The translations under genes were made by a program, and so were the position numbers. From IMG/VR virus record IMGVR_UViG_3300034160_000067, positions 1-55,232 of that record: DNA of 55,232 bases, one strand, 5' to 3'. This DNA comes from a virus. Lineage: Duplodnaviria; Caudoviricetes. How positions within the stretch are numbered: the first letter of the stretch is position 1; each line of letters opens with the position of its first letter. Positions 16,501-26,558 of the stretch are shown piece after piece. The notes under the pieces were generated by a model. That model did not search any database. It was given only the letters and a program-made list of their open reading frames with translations, and was not told the DNA's origin.

Positions 16501-17343
16501 GATGTTGGTCGTGTCGAAGACGGGCAGGCTCGCCGGGACGTAGTCGTTGCGGATGAGCTTGAGCGTGTACTGTCCGGTCGTGAGGTCCGTGTCGAGCACG
16601 CCGTCGACGTGCCGCAGGATCTCCAGAATGAACTCGTCGATCGAGCTTTGCGCCGACCACGCGAACGAGAGCCCGAAGCCCTCAGCGTAGAGCGTGTCCG
16701 CGACCGTGGTGAACGAGGCGGTGTTGATCAGCGCCGCGGAGCGCCCTGCGCCCCACGTCGTGTCCGTCAGGCACTGGTAAACCATGTGCGCGGCGTTCAT
16801 GCCCTCGTTGATCTGGGCCTTCGCTGCGTACCAGACCGGTGTGGTCCAGCCGGCGGTGATGCGACGGACGGTCACCTCGACGTTCTTGATGTACGGGTTC
16901 ATCGACGACCAGTAGAACGCGCTGCGGATCCACTGGCGCCACTGCGAGGTCGCACCGCCGAACGCGGTGCTGTTGCCGTTCTGTGCGATCGCGCTGGAGA
17001 CCGCGGTGGCCTCCGCCGTCGTGCGACCGCGCATCACGAGCGTCAGCACGCCGCGATCCGCGGGCATCGGCGCCCCGACCTTACCGGCCAGATACGAACT
17101 CTGGGTCTGCGTGACCTCACCCATGCGGACTTCAACGCTGCCCGAGACTCCGCCTTCCTTCTCGTCTCCGCCGAACAGTGTCGGCGCATGCACGTCGATC
17201 ACGCCCGACGCAGTCTGGTTGCCGGTCCACGCATCGCGATCACCGACGCGGATCTTCGTGACCGCGTCGACGGGGCCGATGCACAGGCCGATCTGCACGC
17301 CGAGGAAGTAACGATAGCCGATCGTTTGCGAACTACCGCCCAT
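13501..17343 (-). CDS. Central tail fibre / tail tip protein with C-terminal beta-propeller and SPRY-like extension
   Basis: GYRYFLG, LFGGDEKEGGVSG, MNAAH, LYAEGFGLS, VEAVEDVF motifs of Chi/YuA-like tail proteins; Asp-box repeats; DVIGVLIDF...ANIGQSSFIY. Confidence 0.9.
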   Translation of the reverse strand: MGGSSQTIGYRYFLGVQIGLCIGPVDAVTKIRVGDRDAWTGNQTASGVIDVHAPTLFGGDEKEGGVSGSVEVRMGEVTQTQSSYLAGKVGAPMPADRGVLTLVMRGRTTAEATAVSSAIAQNGNSTAFGGATSQWRQWIRSAFYWSSMNPYIKNVEVTVRRITAGWTTPVWYAAKAQINEGMNAAHMVYQCLTDTTWGAGRSAALINTASFTTVADTLYAEGFGLSFAWSAQSSIDEFILEILRHVDGVLDTDLTTGQYTLKLIRNDYVPASLPVFDTTNIMSMDKKERTLWGETVNEIVVTYTNPETEQDATIAIQDLANIQSQGGIVSEPVSYPGVRSADIAYRLGERDLRARSTPLTAVSFTANRAAWSLRKGDAIKVTWPDYGLDQLILRVTNVSKGGDTDTSIKVEAVEDVFATPVLTYGGNQTTLWTDPAGAPAAVAVVRVDEVPYFTMAQILGDVSVQDLAPGSSYELILAERPAPQNSQFSVYDAATNVTANYSYLGAGSYASTCLLNGAAAWNATVVTIDTIVGDDPSFFVGGYALWDNEWVGVVSVAGATVTLLRGVFDTIPAAHADNSKLWFYSGDHGFQLLTDDAVRGETRWYREVGRSPSGESALASAPAQSLVHDGRWERPYPPADVKINGAYFPSTIATNFTITWSGRNKEQQTTDLVGWTDAHIDPPQGVTYTLEVYDNDTSALLATVANLTTTAAGGTYTYGGPGAANLRIEFYSKQGTLKSAQKFVHVAGITGYGFSYDNNYGGGSLGVVVSRGSVAAPASAFIPTPYPVWINGAYYSLSTEACYRSTDGGLTWDVDGPSTPYIPPFECTFVYGNGYFAATNFTTNYWKRREGGAWTKTDMSTASGVAISGGRINSITFDGAQFVMVCAEGRDIFVSTNLDNWTRKGTASVVNNLWNELAATKILKVGANYVAVGGFTTGSWPSYTTVYRIAQSTDLVTWTSSAATIDIMGAPYGAYFAGKYWAIASPGTTETNVPVLYSSTDFLTWTQVSTALSLPPGLHSPKIHVSASQMCILFSYKTQLGAYELRTANGSSWTLARPAFDVATLGSKADNTTSDAGGPSFLIRVGQPKEFGGKLLAVSYLADSSPVLKWPGTSPETIYFGKNDENFYSSGAVPSFEKSGLKQRYAAYGLPIPRLVSSGKRYAEFTIVGFARSFPQQGWPTFQMRLSPYNGSADGLYLYGNSAVDFGPVLNDVIGVLIDFTAATAEFKINNVSLRTLTGIDTTLPWKLWVDSGLDSAQFSANIGQSSFIYTQAGYAAWGG

Positions 17344-17527
17344 GCTCGCGCTCCCGTGCGGCGTCGATCACCTTTCGAAACATCGGGTCCGTGATCGACT
17401 CGACGTCCTCGAACGCAACGCCCTGTTGAATGAACATCGACCAGTTGATTTCATGACGCGCGCAGAACTCGCGGGCGCCGCGACTGCAGTACCCGACCGA
17501 GCGCACGTCTTCGAGCGTCACGGTCAC
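17333..17527 (-). CDS. Small tail assembly protein
   Basis: GTG in GTGA overlap; YCSRGAREFCARHEINW motif; conserved position before the tail tip gene. Confidence 0.8.
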   Translation of the reverse strand: MTVTLEDVRSVGYCSRGAREFCARHEINWSMFIQQGVAFEDVESITDPMFRKVIDAAREREHGR

Positions 17528-17748
17528 TTGCTGGACTTCTTGATCGGTGCCGATGACAGGTCGCCGTACCACAGCACGTTGGGGCCCGTCATCCGCACGG
17601 TGCCGAACACCACGGGGATGGGACGCCCTTCCTCCGCGGTCGGCACATCGAAGTCTTCGAGCGCGGCGGCTTTCGGCTTCGGCGCGCGCGGCTGCAGCGC
17701 GTAGCTGAGCGCCATCATCACGAGCGAAACAAGGATCTGCTGCCACAT
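17524..17748 (-). CDS. Small tail assembly protein
   Basis: Hydrophobic N-terminus, PTAEEGRPIPVVFGT...PNVLWYGD. Confidence 0.88.
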   Translation of the reverse strand: MWQQILVSLVMMALSYALQPRAPKPKAAALEDFDVPTAEEGRPIPVVFGTVRMTGPNVLWYGDLSSAPIKKSSK

Positions 17749-18566
17749 CAGAATATCGCCTTGCCGTTGAATGGGTTCGTCGACGGAATATAGGGCTGGC
17801 CGCCGTAATTCGCCAGATTACTGAACTTCGTGTTGCACGTCGACACTGTGTGATCGCAGCCGAAGTAGACGCGAATCGTGTTCGGCGTGAGCAGGTTGCG
17901 CGGGACCTGTGCGAGCGAGAGCACTCCCGCGGCCGACGAGCGGATCGAGACGTACTCCGTCGCGTTGGTTGCGGGGTCCACATACTCGATGTAGCCGCCT
18001 GCGAAGTAGTTCGCGGCATACCCCGAGATTAGGGACGGTACCGTCAGGTCTTTACCGGACAGCGAATACACCGTGGCGGTGACGCTGAAGGAGAGCGCTG
18101 AGAGGTTACACCCGGCGCCATACAGCGCGTGCGGGCACGCTCGCTGGTAGTGCCGGCGCAGCCCGGTGCGCTTCACCGAGGTGAAGTCGGGCTCGCAGCT
18201 GAGCACGGCCTCGTTGCCTTCCCACGCCGCGTTGAGCACGCGCCCCATCCACAGCACGCGGAACTCGTTGTCGGTGTCGAGCAGGTGCCTGCGGAAGATC
18301 GTAAGCGTCACCACACCGGTCGGCGAGGTGACCTTGAACAGGTCAGCCACGGGCAGCGCGCGAAACGCCCGCACGGTCAGCGTGCGCTGCGTCGCGGCTT
18401 GGGTCTCGTCGATCGGGCCGCGCGACAGCGGCTGCGGCACGAACGACTGCCCGAGATAGGTGACCGCTTCCGCTCCGCTGGTGTAGCGGTAGTAGTTGGG
18501 CCCGTAGACGAACTGGAACAGCTCCGCAGGAGAGCCAGTGCCCGTTTCATTGGCCGCGTAGGTCAT
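17748..18566 (-). CDS. Tail hub protein, DUF2163/BR0599 family (lambda gpL-like, 4 conserved Cys)
   Basis: CPHALYGAGC and GCDHTVSTC..KFSNLANYGG motifs. Confidence 0.9.
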   Translation of the reverse strand: MTYAANETGTGSPAELFQFVYGPNYYRYTSGAEAVTYLGQSFVPQPLSRGPIDETQAATQRTLTVRAFRALPVADLFKVTSPTGVVTLTIFRRHLLDTDNEFRVLWMGRVLNAAWEGNEAVLSCEPDFTSVKRTGLRRHYQRACPHALYGAGCNLSALSFSVTATVYSLSGKDLTVPSLISGYAANYFAGGYIEYVDPATNATEYVSIRSSAAGVLSLAQVPRNLLTPNTIRVYFGCDHTVSTCNTKFSNLANYGGQPYIPSTNPFNGKAIF

Positions 18567-20242
18567 GCTTTCACCAGCTGGAAGGTCGCTTCGGCCGTCG
18601 CGATGGAGTCCGTCATCCACGTGATCGACACGCGATCCGCAGCGAGACGATAGAGGCCGACGTAGTGGACGGCCAGAATGTCCGCGGGCGTCAGCGCCAC
18701 GCCGAGTGCCGTGGTGATGCCGAACGACACTTCGTTCCCGGTGCGGCCCACCGAGGAGATCGGCCGGACGAAGTTGCCGTTGTTACGCGTGCGGATCATC
18801 AGGTGCGCGCGCGCGGGGTCGTTGCCGACGAGCGTGTAGAAGTCGCGATCGTAGAAGAAGATCGTCGTCGCCCCGGCGCTGATCGACTGCGACATCGTCA
18901 GGTCGTCGTGCCAGCTCGGGATGTAGACGGAGTTGAGCATGCCCTGCAGGCGCCCAAGGAAGGAACGGAAGGAGCGCACCTCGGCGCGGCTCTTCAGGAG
19001 CCAGCGGTAGCGCTTCATCAGGACCGGCGTGTCGCGCGTGATGCTCATGTCCAGCCGGCCGATGCTGTAGTCGACCGCATCGACCGGGTACTGCGAGGAG
19101 TTGTCCACGCCGCCGGCCCAGTCGGGCTGCTTGAGGATGATCTCCTTGCCGTTGTACGTGTCGGTCGCGGCCGCCGTGATGACGTAGGGATCGGTCACCG
19201 CAGGGTTCGCGAGGAACGACGCGTGCCCAGTGAGCACGCTGGACGTTTGACGCTGCACGGGCACGTCGCCTTCGAACTTCGAGATCGTCGCCGGGTAGAC
19301 CTTCGTGCCTACCGGCCATGTGTTGATCGTGGCGCGCGTCAGCGCCAGCGTGCCGGAGGACACCGTGGCGACCTCGACGACCTCGTAGGACGACGGGCTC
19401 GCGTAGAGCACCGCGATCTCGCCCGCGATGAAGCCTCGGTCGGTCGTCGAGAGCGAGAGGCTGGTCGTGCCGGCGACGGCCTGCGCCGTGAGTGCCGACC
19501 CATACATCCACTGCGGGACGGCGAACATGCGGTTCTGCCATCCCCACAGGATGTTGTCGAACCTCTGGGTATCCGTCTTCGTCACGGTGAAGTCGTATTC
19601 CAGTCGGCGCCGCGGCTTCGAGCGCATGCGGATGCGCTGCTCGCTGCCGTCGAAGGAGGTGAGCACGCTGGTGTTCCACTCCAGTGAATCGTCGATGCCG
19701 CGCGCCCAGTTCGGGCCGAAGGGCCACAGCACGACGCGCGTGCCGGTGACGGAGAAGTTGATGACCTCGGTGCCGAACGTGAAAATGTAGTGGCCGTCGA
19801 CCGTCACCGGGCCGACCGTGTCGACGTTCAGGGTGAACGTCGACTCTTCGAGCGGCGCGAACGTGTGCGGGATCGCGAACGGCGGCGTCAGCGTCATCCC
19901 ATCCACGCCGCTCGTCCCGATCGTGGCGAGCGTGTTCGTGCCGAAGGTCGCGTTCCAGACCTTGAACGTGCGCGTTTGCGCGGACACGAGATTGCCCAGC
20001 GCGAAGGTGCTCGGAGTCAGGTAGACGCGACCGTAGAGGAACGAGTTGATGCCGCCGCCGAGGACGCCCGTCTTCGAGAGCACGGGCTCGTTCACCGGCT
20101 GCGTGTCCGTCATCGGACCTTTCACCGAGATCCCGTTCACGAACCATCCGTGGCGGATCGGCGGTACGAGAATGCTCACGCGCGCCTGTGCCGCCACATT
20201 CAGGCAGTCGAATACAACCGTTCCTCCAGCGATCAGGCTCAC
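18563..20242 (-). CDS. Distal tail / minor tail structural protein
   Basis: PNW...LEWNTSVLTSFDGSEQRIRMRSKPRR motif; position after tape measure. Confidence 0.85.
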   Translation of the reverse strand: MSLIAGGTVVFDCLNVAAQARVSILVPPIRHGWFVNGISVKGPMTDTQPVNEPVLSKTGVLGGGINSFLYGRVYLTPSTFALGNLVSAQTRTFKVWNATFGTNTLATIGTSGVDGMTLTPPFAIPHTFAPLEESTFTLNVDTVGPVTVDGHYIFTFGTEVINFSVTGTRVVLWPFGPNWARGIDDSLEWNTSVLTSFDGSEQRIRMRSKPRRRLEYDFTVTKTDTQRFDNILWGWQNRMFAVPQWMYGSALTAQAVAGTTSLSLSTTDRGFIAGEIAVLYASPSSYEVVEVATVSSGTLALTRATINTWPVGTKVYPATISKFEGDVPVQRQTSSVLTGHASFLANPAVTDPYVITAAATDTYNGKEIILKQPDWAGGVDNSSQYPVDAVDYSIGRLDMSITRDTPVLMKRYRWLLKSRAEVRSFRSFLGRLQGMLNSVYIPSWHDDLTMSQSISAGATTIFFYDRDFYTLVGNDPARAHLMIRTRNNGNFVRPISSVGRTGNEVSFGITTALGVALTPADILAVHYVGLYRLAADRVSITWMTDSIATAEATFQLVKA

Positions 20243-21186
20243 TTACGTATCGCCCATCCGTAGTTGGCGCTGGTCGTCGCGACGTTGAACGTACCCCCCG
20301 CACTCTTCTTGCAGAGCGGGAACACCATCCAGTCCGTGTTGATCGTATCAGCCGGAGAGAGATCCCGGATGTTCACCATCCGAATGTTCGAGAAGTACCC
20401 GATCGGCATCCAGTGAAGGCTTGCGCCGTCGTCGTACATGAAGGCTTCCATGCGGAGGCCCGGCGTGCGCCCGTTGAAGTTGTTCAACTGCGCCGTCGCA
20501 AGCTGCTCGTAGTCGCCGATGTTGGTTCCGCCGCCGCCGTAGCCCCACACGAACATCTTGTTGTACGTGGCCGGCGTCGCAGCGCCCTGCGCGCTGGCGT
20601 AGTCTCGCCCGCTCTTCGGGGCATACAGGTAGCTGTACGTTCCGTTGCTGGACACGAACCCGAAGGGCGCGTCGGTCATGGTGAATCCGCACGCGCTGTA
20701 GTTGGCAGCAGGCGCAGGGTTGGTCAGGAAGATGGTGCTGTTGTTCCACCATGTGTAAGTCATCCCGACGAAGTGACCGCCAGTCCACGAACCGTACTTC
20801 GTGATGTCTCCGAACGTGAAGTGCTGCCACGCGCCAACCGACTGCTCGGCGGCGCAATGCACCATCGTGCCATCTGTGAACAAATGGTAGGAGTTGAATG
20901 GAGCGGAGACCGGATACCAGCGGGAGTCGTCCGTCGGCCGCCCGGTGACCGCGGCCCACGTCGCGCCCGTCGATGCTGTGGCCGGCATGCCGTACACGTC
21001 GTCGGACTTCCAGCGCAGCCAGAAGTAGCTCGACCCTTTCGACAGGCATCGAACTTCCCACGACGCGGCGAGAATCGTCTCGGTGCGCGAGACGGCGACC
21101 GTCATTCCCGCGTTTGAGACCGCGAAGGAGACCACCGCGGTCATCAGCGCGTCGATCGTTGCAGCAGTTCCGGTTGCGTATGCCAT
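20239..21186 (-). CDS. Virion structural protein
   Basis: MAYATGTA N-terminus, QHFTFG, WMVFP, NYGWA; tail synteny. Confidence 0.8.
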   Translation of the reverse strand: MAYATGTAATIDALMTAVVSFAVSNAGMTVAVSRTETILAASWEVRCLSKGSSYFWLRWKSDDVYGMPATASTGATWAAVTGRPTDDSRWYPVSAPFNSYHLFTDGTMVHCAAEQSVGAWQHFTFGDITKYGSWTGGHFVGMTYTWWNNSTIFLTNPAPAANYSACGFTMTDAPFGFVSSNGTYSYLYAPKSGRDYASAQGAATPATYNKMFVWGYGGGGTNIGDYEQLATAQLNNFNGRTPGLRMEAFMYDDGASLHWMPIGYFSNIRMVNIRDLSPADTINTDWMVFPLCKKSAGGTFNVATTSANYGWAIRK

Positions 21187-21188
21187 AG

Positions 21189-22118
21189 TTATGCCAGCTT
21201 GAATGCAGCGTAGTGGTTGACTGCGGCCCGGAAGACGTTCGGGACCACGAGGTAGTTGACCGCGGAGATCGTCACGATGTTCTCTGCGGCGTTCGAGTAG
21301 CCCGAGATCTGGTAGACGCCTTCGATCTCGCCGTACATCGACGGGTAGGACTCATTGAACAGCACGAGCGGGTAGAGCGCGTACTCCGTGCCGCCGTAGA
21401 TGCGCCCGATCTTCTTCGTCTCCTGATTGACCCAAGAGAACGGGAAGATCCGCGATCCCGTCGCGGTGTACGACGACTCGGTCGTCGTGTAGTTCTGGAA
21501 GTCGATCCACGATGCGCCGGGATAGTACAGCTTCGCGGGCGACGTGGTGCCGCCTGCTGCGGTGTTCGCGGGATTCCAGAAGGCTTTGTGTAGCGCCGTC
21601 GCATCCGACCATCTCGTCGCAGACGCACCACCCCACGTTCCGCCGATGAAGTGCGGGTAGCCCCACTCGCTCGGAGACGCGTACGGCGTGATGAAGCCCA
21701 TGTGCAGGCAGACGTAGACCGTGCTTATCTTCGCGATCAGCATCGCGCGCCGGCCCGAGCCGATGAACCAGTACGGGATGCTGCTGTTCCACATCAGAGA
21801 GTAGACCGGGTTCGATCCGCCCGGCTGTCCGGCGTAGCCGCTTGCGAGCAGATAGCCCGTCGCACCGCGCACGCCGATGTTGTAGTAGTCGCTGCCGACG
21901 TTCTCGAACGCGTAGAGCACGGAGTAGATGTTGTCCGTGCCCGCGAGGCCGGGCGCGCGCAGGTACGTCAGGCGCGTGCCGCCCGTGATCGACGCCGGGT
22001 TCGTCTCGCTCGACAACACCGTCCACCGCTCGCCCACGGGGAGCGTCGTGGTCAGGAACGTGACGAACAGGTCGTACAGGTTCGTGTAGTTGGTCGCGGT
22101 GCCGGATGCGGTTGCCAT
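21189..22118 (-). CDS. Virion structural protein
   Basis: MATASGTATNY..., IPYWFIGSGRR, PYASPSEWGYP, GEIEGVY, NVFR; tail synteny. Confidence 0.82.
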   Translation of the reverse strand: MATASGTATNYTNLYDLFVTFLTTTLPVGERWTVLSSETNPASITGGTRLTYLRAPGLAGTDNIYSVLYAFENVGSDYYNIGVRGATGYLLASGYAGQPGGSNPVYSLMWNSSIPYWFIGSGRRAMLIAKISTVYVCLHMGFITPYASPSEWGYPHFIGGTWGGASATRWSDATALHKAFWNPANTAAGGTTSPAKLYYPGASWIDFQNYTTTESSYTATGSRIFPFSWVNQETKKIGRIYGGTEYALYPLVLFNESYPSMYGEIEGVYQISGYSNAAENIVTISAVNYLVVPNVFRAAVNHYAAFKLA

Positions 22119-25100
22119 TATGCGAGCGCCTGTCGTAGTGCAGACCGATTGGCCTGAATGATGTTGAGGATGATCCGCTCGCCGGCCTTCGACGCGAGAC
22201 CCTCGCGCACGACGCTGTGCGAGTCGATGGTGTTGATGACCTTGATGTTCTGGCTCGACCCGCCGCCGCCGTTGACGATGTTGCGCGGGTCGTTCTTCGC
22301 GAGCACCTGCTCGCCCTTCTGCAGGATCGCCGGAACTTCGTTCGGCTGCAGGCCAACGAGCCCGCCCGTGTGGAATCGCGGAGCGTTGACGAACCACGCC
22401 GGGTTCGCGCGCGTCTGGCGCAGCGCGGTCTGGCCGATCACGCCGCCCGTGTGGACCTTGCCGACGATCGCGCTGATGGCCTCGGTGAGGAAGTTCACCT
22501 TGCCACTGCCCTGCAGCGACTTCAGGATCGTCTGCTTCAAGATCATTGTGGCGATCTGGCGCAGGAAGTCCGACGCGAACGCGCGGAACGCATCCCACGC
22601 GCCCTTGAATCCGTCCTTCAGGTTGCCGGCCGCGACCGCCGCCTGCACGAACCCATCGACGACACTGGTGAGGCCGGTCGCCCACTGCTCCGTGATCTGC
22701 TGTGAGCTGATGATCGCGTCGGACGTCTCGATGGTCCCGGCCTTGATCGAGACCAGCTGCGCGCGCGTGTGCGCGAGAGCCTTCTGCGCCTCGGGATCCT
22801 TCAGCGCGTCGATCATGTCGATCGCGGCCTGCGCGGCCTGCTGGATCTCTGGCACCATCTCCGCGTTGATCGCGGCGATCTTCGCGCGGCCCTCCAACTC
22901 CGTCTGAAGGTGCGCGCGCGTCAGTTCGTTCTCGGCCTGAATTCGTTCAGTGCGGAGCGTGACCTGATCCGAGACCGCCTGCTCTTTGTCCTTGATATCG
23001 GAGATCAGCTTTTTCTTCTGCTCCAGATTCCACTTCTCGGCTTCCTGCTCCTTGCGGATCGCGATCAGGCCGTTGAGCTGCAGCACCGCGGCCTGCGCTG
23101 CGCGCGCGTCTCCGAGATCCGCCATCTCGGCGATCTTCTCGAAGATCTTCGTGTACTCAGTGTCGACGAGGGCGACGCGCTCTTCGAGCGTGTCGGCTTC
23201 CTTCTTCGCCACCTGCCGCTCGACCGCGGCCAGTTCGTCGGCGACCTCCTTCGCGAGGTCGACCTTTTTCTTGGCCGCAGCAGCATCGGCGTCGGCTTCC
23301 TCGGCGAGGCGCAGCTTCCGCAGCCGCTCGAACTCCGCCTGCAGGATGTCGTTGTCGCGTGCCGACTGGGTCCGGCCGCGAACCTGCGGGCCGCTGACCG
23401 TCGACTTCGGCGGAGTCTTCGGTCCCTGCGGAACCTCGGCGGCAAAGCCCGCCATGAGAGCTTCCTGCCGGACCTTGAACTTGTCCTGAAACTCCTTCAG
23501 CACATCCTCGAAGGTCTTCGGCGTGAAGATGCCTTCCCACATCGCGACAGCCATGTCCTTGATGGTCCCGAAGACCTCAACAAAAATGGCGACGATCAGG
23601 GTGCCTGCTTTGCGGACGATCTCGAAGTTGTCGTAGAGCCAGCGCGCGATGCTGAAGCTGGCGAACCCGACCGCCAGCGCGGCGCCGACCCCGGTCAGCA
23701 TCGTCAGCATCCGAGGGAAGAGCAGGAAGAAGGTCTGGAAGAACCCGCGCATGTACGCCGCAGCGGCCGCGATCGCGCCGCCGAGGAGCTTCATCTTGCC
23801 CCAGACCTTGTCGATCCAGTCGGCCATCGACATCAGGATGTTGATGGTCTTCACGCCGATGAACGCCGCGAGGATCGGAGTCGCCTTGTCGATATTCTCC
23901 GCGAGTGCGATGACCCCCTTGGTCACCAAGGTCATTGCCTCGCCGACGATCTTCGCGAACTTCTTGCCGTCGTCTGACTTCAGGAACCGCGACAGCTTGT
24001 TGACCGCTTCAGTGAACGCGTCGAGGAAGCCGCTGTTGGCGACGATCAGCTCGAACTCAGTGATCGAGTTGCCGAGACGATTGATCTGGCTCTGCGCCGT
24101 CTGGGTGGCGTCCTTCAGCTGCGGCGTGACCTTGTCGCGATACTGCTTCGCGAACAGCAGGATCATCTCCGAGCTGACCTTGCCCGCCTTCAACCACTTG
24201 TTCAGGTCGAGCGTCGTCAGGTTCATCGCTTTCGCGAATTCGTAGAACGCGCCCGTGAGACGATCACCCAACTGGCCGCGCAGCTCTTCCGCCTGCACCG
24301 AGCCCTTCGACATGATCTGTTCGAGCGCCTTGAAGACGCCCGTCATATCATCGTTCGAGATGTTGAAGACCTTGCCGACCTCGGCGAAGGACTCGAACAC
24401 GTAACGCGTCGCCTGCAGCGACATGCCCGCGGACTTGGCCGCGATCGAGAACTTCGAGTAGCCGTCCGCAACGTCCGGCAGCAGCAGGCCGAGGCGCTCC
24501 GCCTGCTTGGAGACGTACTCCATCTCCTTGCCGACCGCGTCCGAGCCGAACGCGACGGCGAGCCGGTTCTGGGCCCCCTGCCGCTTCTGGACCGCATCGA
24601 GCACGTTGCGCACGCCCGCGATCGCGCCGAACAGGCCGATGTTGGCCGCCGTGAACGCGAGCACCTCGCCGCGCAGGCGCTGCAGGAACGACAGGGTCGT
24701 GCGGCCGCCCGAGCCGCTGAAGGCCTTGGTGAACGCCGTCAGGCCGTTGGTCTTGGGGCCGGTGGCCGCCGCCGCGTTGCCGAAGGCCGTGATCGCCGTC
24801 GACGCCCGGGCCGCGACGCCCTGTAGGCGGGCCATCTCGTCGGCGAGCTTCCGGGTGTTGACCCCGCTCCCGGCGAGATCGGTCTGGATCTTGCGGACCG
24901 CGAGGGCGAACTGCTGGTAGCGCTGCTGGGCCGCGGCGAGCCGCTGCTCCGCCTGCTTCAGGGACGCCGTCAGCGCCTCGCTGGGGGCATCTGCGGCCTG
25001 CACGGCCTTGGCGTAGCCGATGACATCGGCCCGCGCTGTGCGCAGCTCCTGCGCCGCCCCAGCGGCCGCCGTGCGTGTGTTCTTCAGCCGGTCGATCAGG

Positions 25101-26245
25101 ACGGCGATGCCTTGCGCGCCCTGCTGGACGGAGCCCAGCTTCGCCAGCTCGTCGCGCACCGCGACGGTGCTCTTGCCCGTGGCGGCCATCTCGCTGGCGT
25201 AGCGGCCGGCGGCGACGCCCGCTTCGTTCAGGACCGTCTCCAGCCCGCCGATCGTGCGAACTAGCTCAGCGTTCGGATCGACGATCTGGCGCACGGAGGC
25301 GCCCGCACGGGCGTTCGCGAGCGCGAGCTTGTCGACGCCCGCGGCCATCGCGCCGATGCCCCGAGCGGCCTTCTCCGCGTCCGTGCCGACCTTCTGGAAC
25401 TGCGCCAGCTCCTGCGCCAGCTTCTGGGCCTTGGCCGCCGCTGCCGCTTCCGCGGCCTCCCGCTCCAGCACCAGCTGCAGCACGTCCGCTTCGTAGCGGC
25501 GCCGCGCTTCCTGCCGGGCCTTGAGGTCCGCGATCTCGGCCCGGGTGCGCCGGGCGCGCTCGTCGGCCGCCGACTTCTCCCGCCGCGCCGTGTCGGCGAT
25601 GGCCGCCGCGTCTTCGCGCTCGGCCTTCGTCAGCTCAGTCTGTACCGCGAGGGCCTTGACCTTCTCGGCGGTGACCTGCCGCTGGATCCCGGCGTACTGT
25701 TCAATGAGGGCGTTGGTCCGCTGGACCTCGCCGCCGGCCGCGCGGAAGACTGCGTCGACCCGCGCTTCCGAGGCCGCCATGTTGTTGATGTCGAGGCCGG
25801 CCTTCGTCGCCGCCTCACTGACCTTCGCGAGCAGCTTGGCGTTCTTGCTGAGCGCACCTTCCTGCCGCTCGAACGCCTTCTGGGCATCGCGAAGTGATTT
25901 CTCCAGCGCCGCAGTGGGCGCCGCTGCAGCGGTCAGCGCCGCGCGCGCGTCCTGCACGCGCGTCGCAAACAGCTTCAGCTTCTCCTGCGCTTCGGTGGAC
26001 TGCGCGGAGATCGTGCGGAAGAGTTCGATCAGGCGCTGGTTGGCGGCGAGCCCAGCCAGCGCCTGATCGAGTTTCTTCGCGATCGCGGTGATCTCGCCGA
26101 GCGTGGCCTCGCCGCGGCGGGCGGAGGGCTCGATCTCGTCGAACGACTTCGACAGCTTGCTGACGGCGACGTCGATATCGGCAATCGGCTTCGACGACAG
26201 ATCTGTCGCGCGAATGACGAGTTCGATGTCTTTGCTAGTCGCCAT
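22118..26245 (-). CDS. Tape measure protein
   Basis: 1375 aa Ala-rich helical; ALEQIMSKGSVQAEELRGQLGDRL; HTGG repeats and EVPAILQKGEQVL C-terminus. Confidence 0.95.
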   Translation of the reverse strand: MATSKDIELVIRATDLSSKPIADIDVAVSKLSKSFDEIEPSARRGEATLGEITAIAKKLDQALAGLAANQRLIELFRTISAQSTEAQEKLKLFATRVQDARAALTAAAAPTAALEKSLRDAQKAFERQEGALSKNAKLLAKVSEAATKAGLDINNMAASEARVDAVFRAAGGEVQRTNALIEQYAGIQRQVTAEKVKALAVQTELTKAEREDAAAIADTARREKSAADERARRTRAEIADLKARQEARRRYEADVLQLVLEREAAEAAAAAKAQKLAQELAQFQKVGTDAEKAARGIGAMAAGVDKLALANARAGASVRQIVDPNAELVRTIGGLETVLNEAGVAAGRYASEMAATGKSTVAVRDELAKLGSVQQGAQGIAVLIDRLKNTRTAAAGAAQELRTARADVIGYAKAVQAADAPSEALTASLKQAEQRLAAAQQRYQQFALAVRKIQTDLAGSGVNTRKLADEMARLQGVAARASTAITAFGNAAAATGPKTNGLTAFTKAFSGSGGRTTLSFLQRLRGEVLAFTAANIGLFGAIAGVRNVLDAVQKRQGAQNRLAVAFGSDAVGKEMEYVSKQAERLGLLLPDVADGYSKFSIAAKSAGMSLQATRYVFESFAEVGKVFNISNDDMTGVFKALEQIMSKGSVQAEELRGQLGDRLTGAFYEFAKAMNLTTLDLNKWLKAGKVSSEMILLFAKQYRDKVTPQLKDATQTAQSQINRLGNSITEFELIVANSGFLDAFTEAVNKLSRFLKSDDGKKFAKIVGEAMTLVTKGVIALAENIDKATPILAAFIGVKTINILMSMADWIDKVWGKMKLLGGAIAAAAAYMRGFFQTFFLLFPRMLTMLTGVGAALAVGFASFSIARWLYDNFEIVRKAGTLIVAIFVEVFGTIKDMAVAMWEGIFTPKTFEDVLKEFQDKFKVRQEALMAGFAAEVPQGPKTPPKSTVSGPQVRGRTQSARDNDILQAEFERLRKLRLAEEADADAAAAKKKVDLAKEVADELAAVERQVAKKEADTLEERVALVDTEYTKIFEKIAEMADLGDARAAQAAVLQLNGLIAIRKEQEAEKWNLEQKKKLISDIKDKEQAVSDQVTLRTERIQAENELTRAHLQTELEGRAKIAAINAEMVPEIQQAAQAAIDMIDALKDPEAQKALAHTRAQLVSIKAGTIETSDAIISSQQITEQWATGLTSVVDGFVQAAVAAGNLKDGFKGAWDAFRAFASDFLRQIATMILKQTILKSLQGSGKVNFLTEAISAIVGKVHTGGVIGQTALRQTRANPAWFVNAPRFHTGGLVGLQPNEVPAILQKGEQVLAKNDPRNIVNGGGGSSQNIKVINTIDSHSVVREGLASKAGERIILNIIQANRSALRQALA

Positions 26246-26558
26246 TCGCGAGCCTCTTCACCAGCTTGCTAAATTCCTTGCCGGCTTCCTTGTCGAACAG
26301 GGAAGCCACCGCCATCTGCGTCAGCAGCGCGTCCGTCGCTGCATTCGCATCTCGCCGCCGTTGAACGACGCGAGTCTCGTCCCACAACATCCACAGCGCG
26401 TAGTGCCGTGGACTCGCGTGCCCCTCACTCAGGAGGAGCGACGCGCATTGCTTCAGCTCTTCGAACCAGTCGGTTCTTCCGCGGTCTGCGAGTTGCTCCC
26501 CTGCAGCAAGGGGGTCATCCCGCTCAGCAGGTCCTGCAGCCCGCGGAGGAAGTTTTTT
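26235..26558 (-). CDS. Tail assembly chaperone, gpT part of the -1 frameshift product gpGT
   Basis: -1 frame open from the slippery site to the TMP start (…LLLSEGH..PRHYALWMLW…). Confidence 0.8.
   Translation of the reverse strand, partial: KKLPPRAAGPAERDDPLAAGEQLADRGRTDWFEELKQCASLLLSEGHASPRHYALWMLWDETRVVQRRRDANAATDALLTQMAVASLFDKEAGKEFSKLVKRLANGD

Noticed and set aside
17748-18566. FAD/FMN-dependent dehydrogenase, a frequent annotation for this family
   Set aside because: No Rossmann motif; synteny and the four-Cys pattern indicate a gpL-like tail protein.
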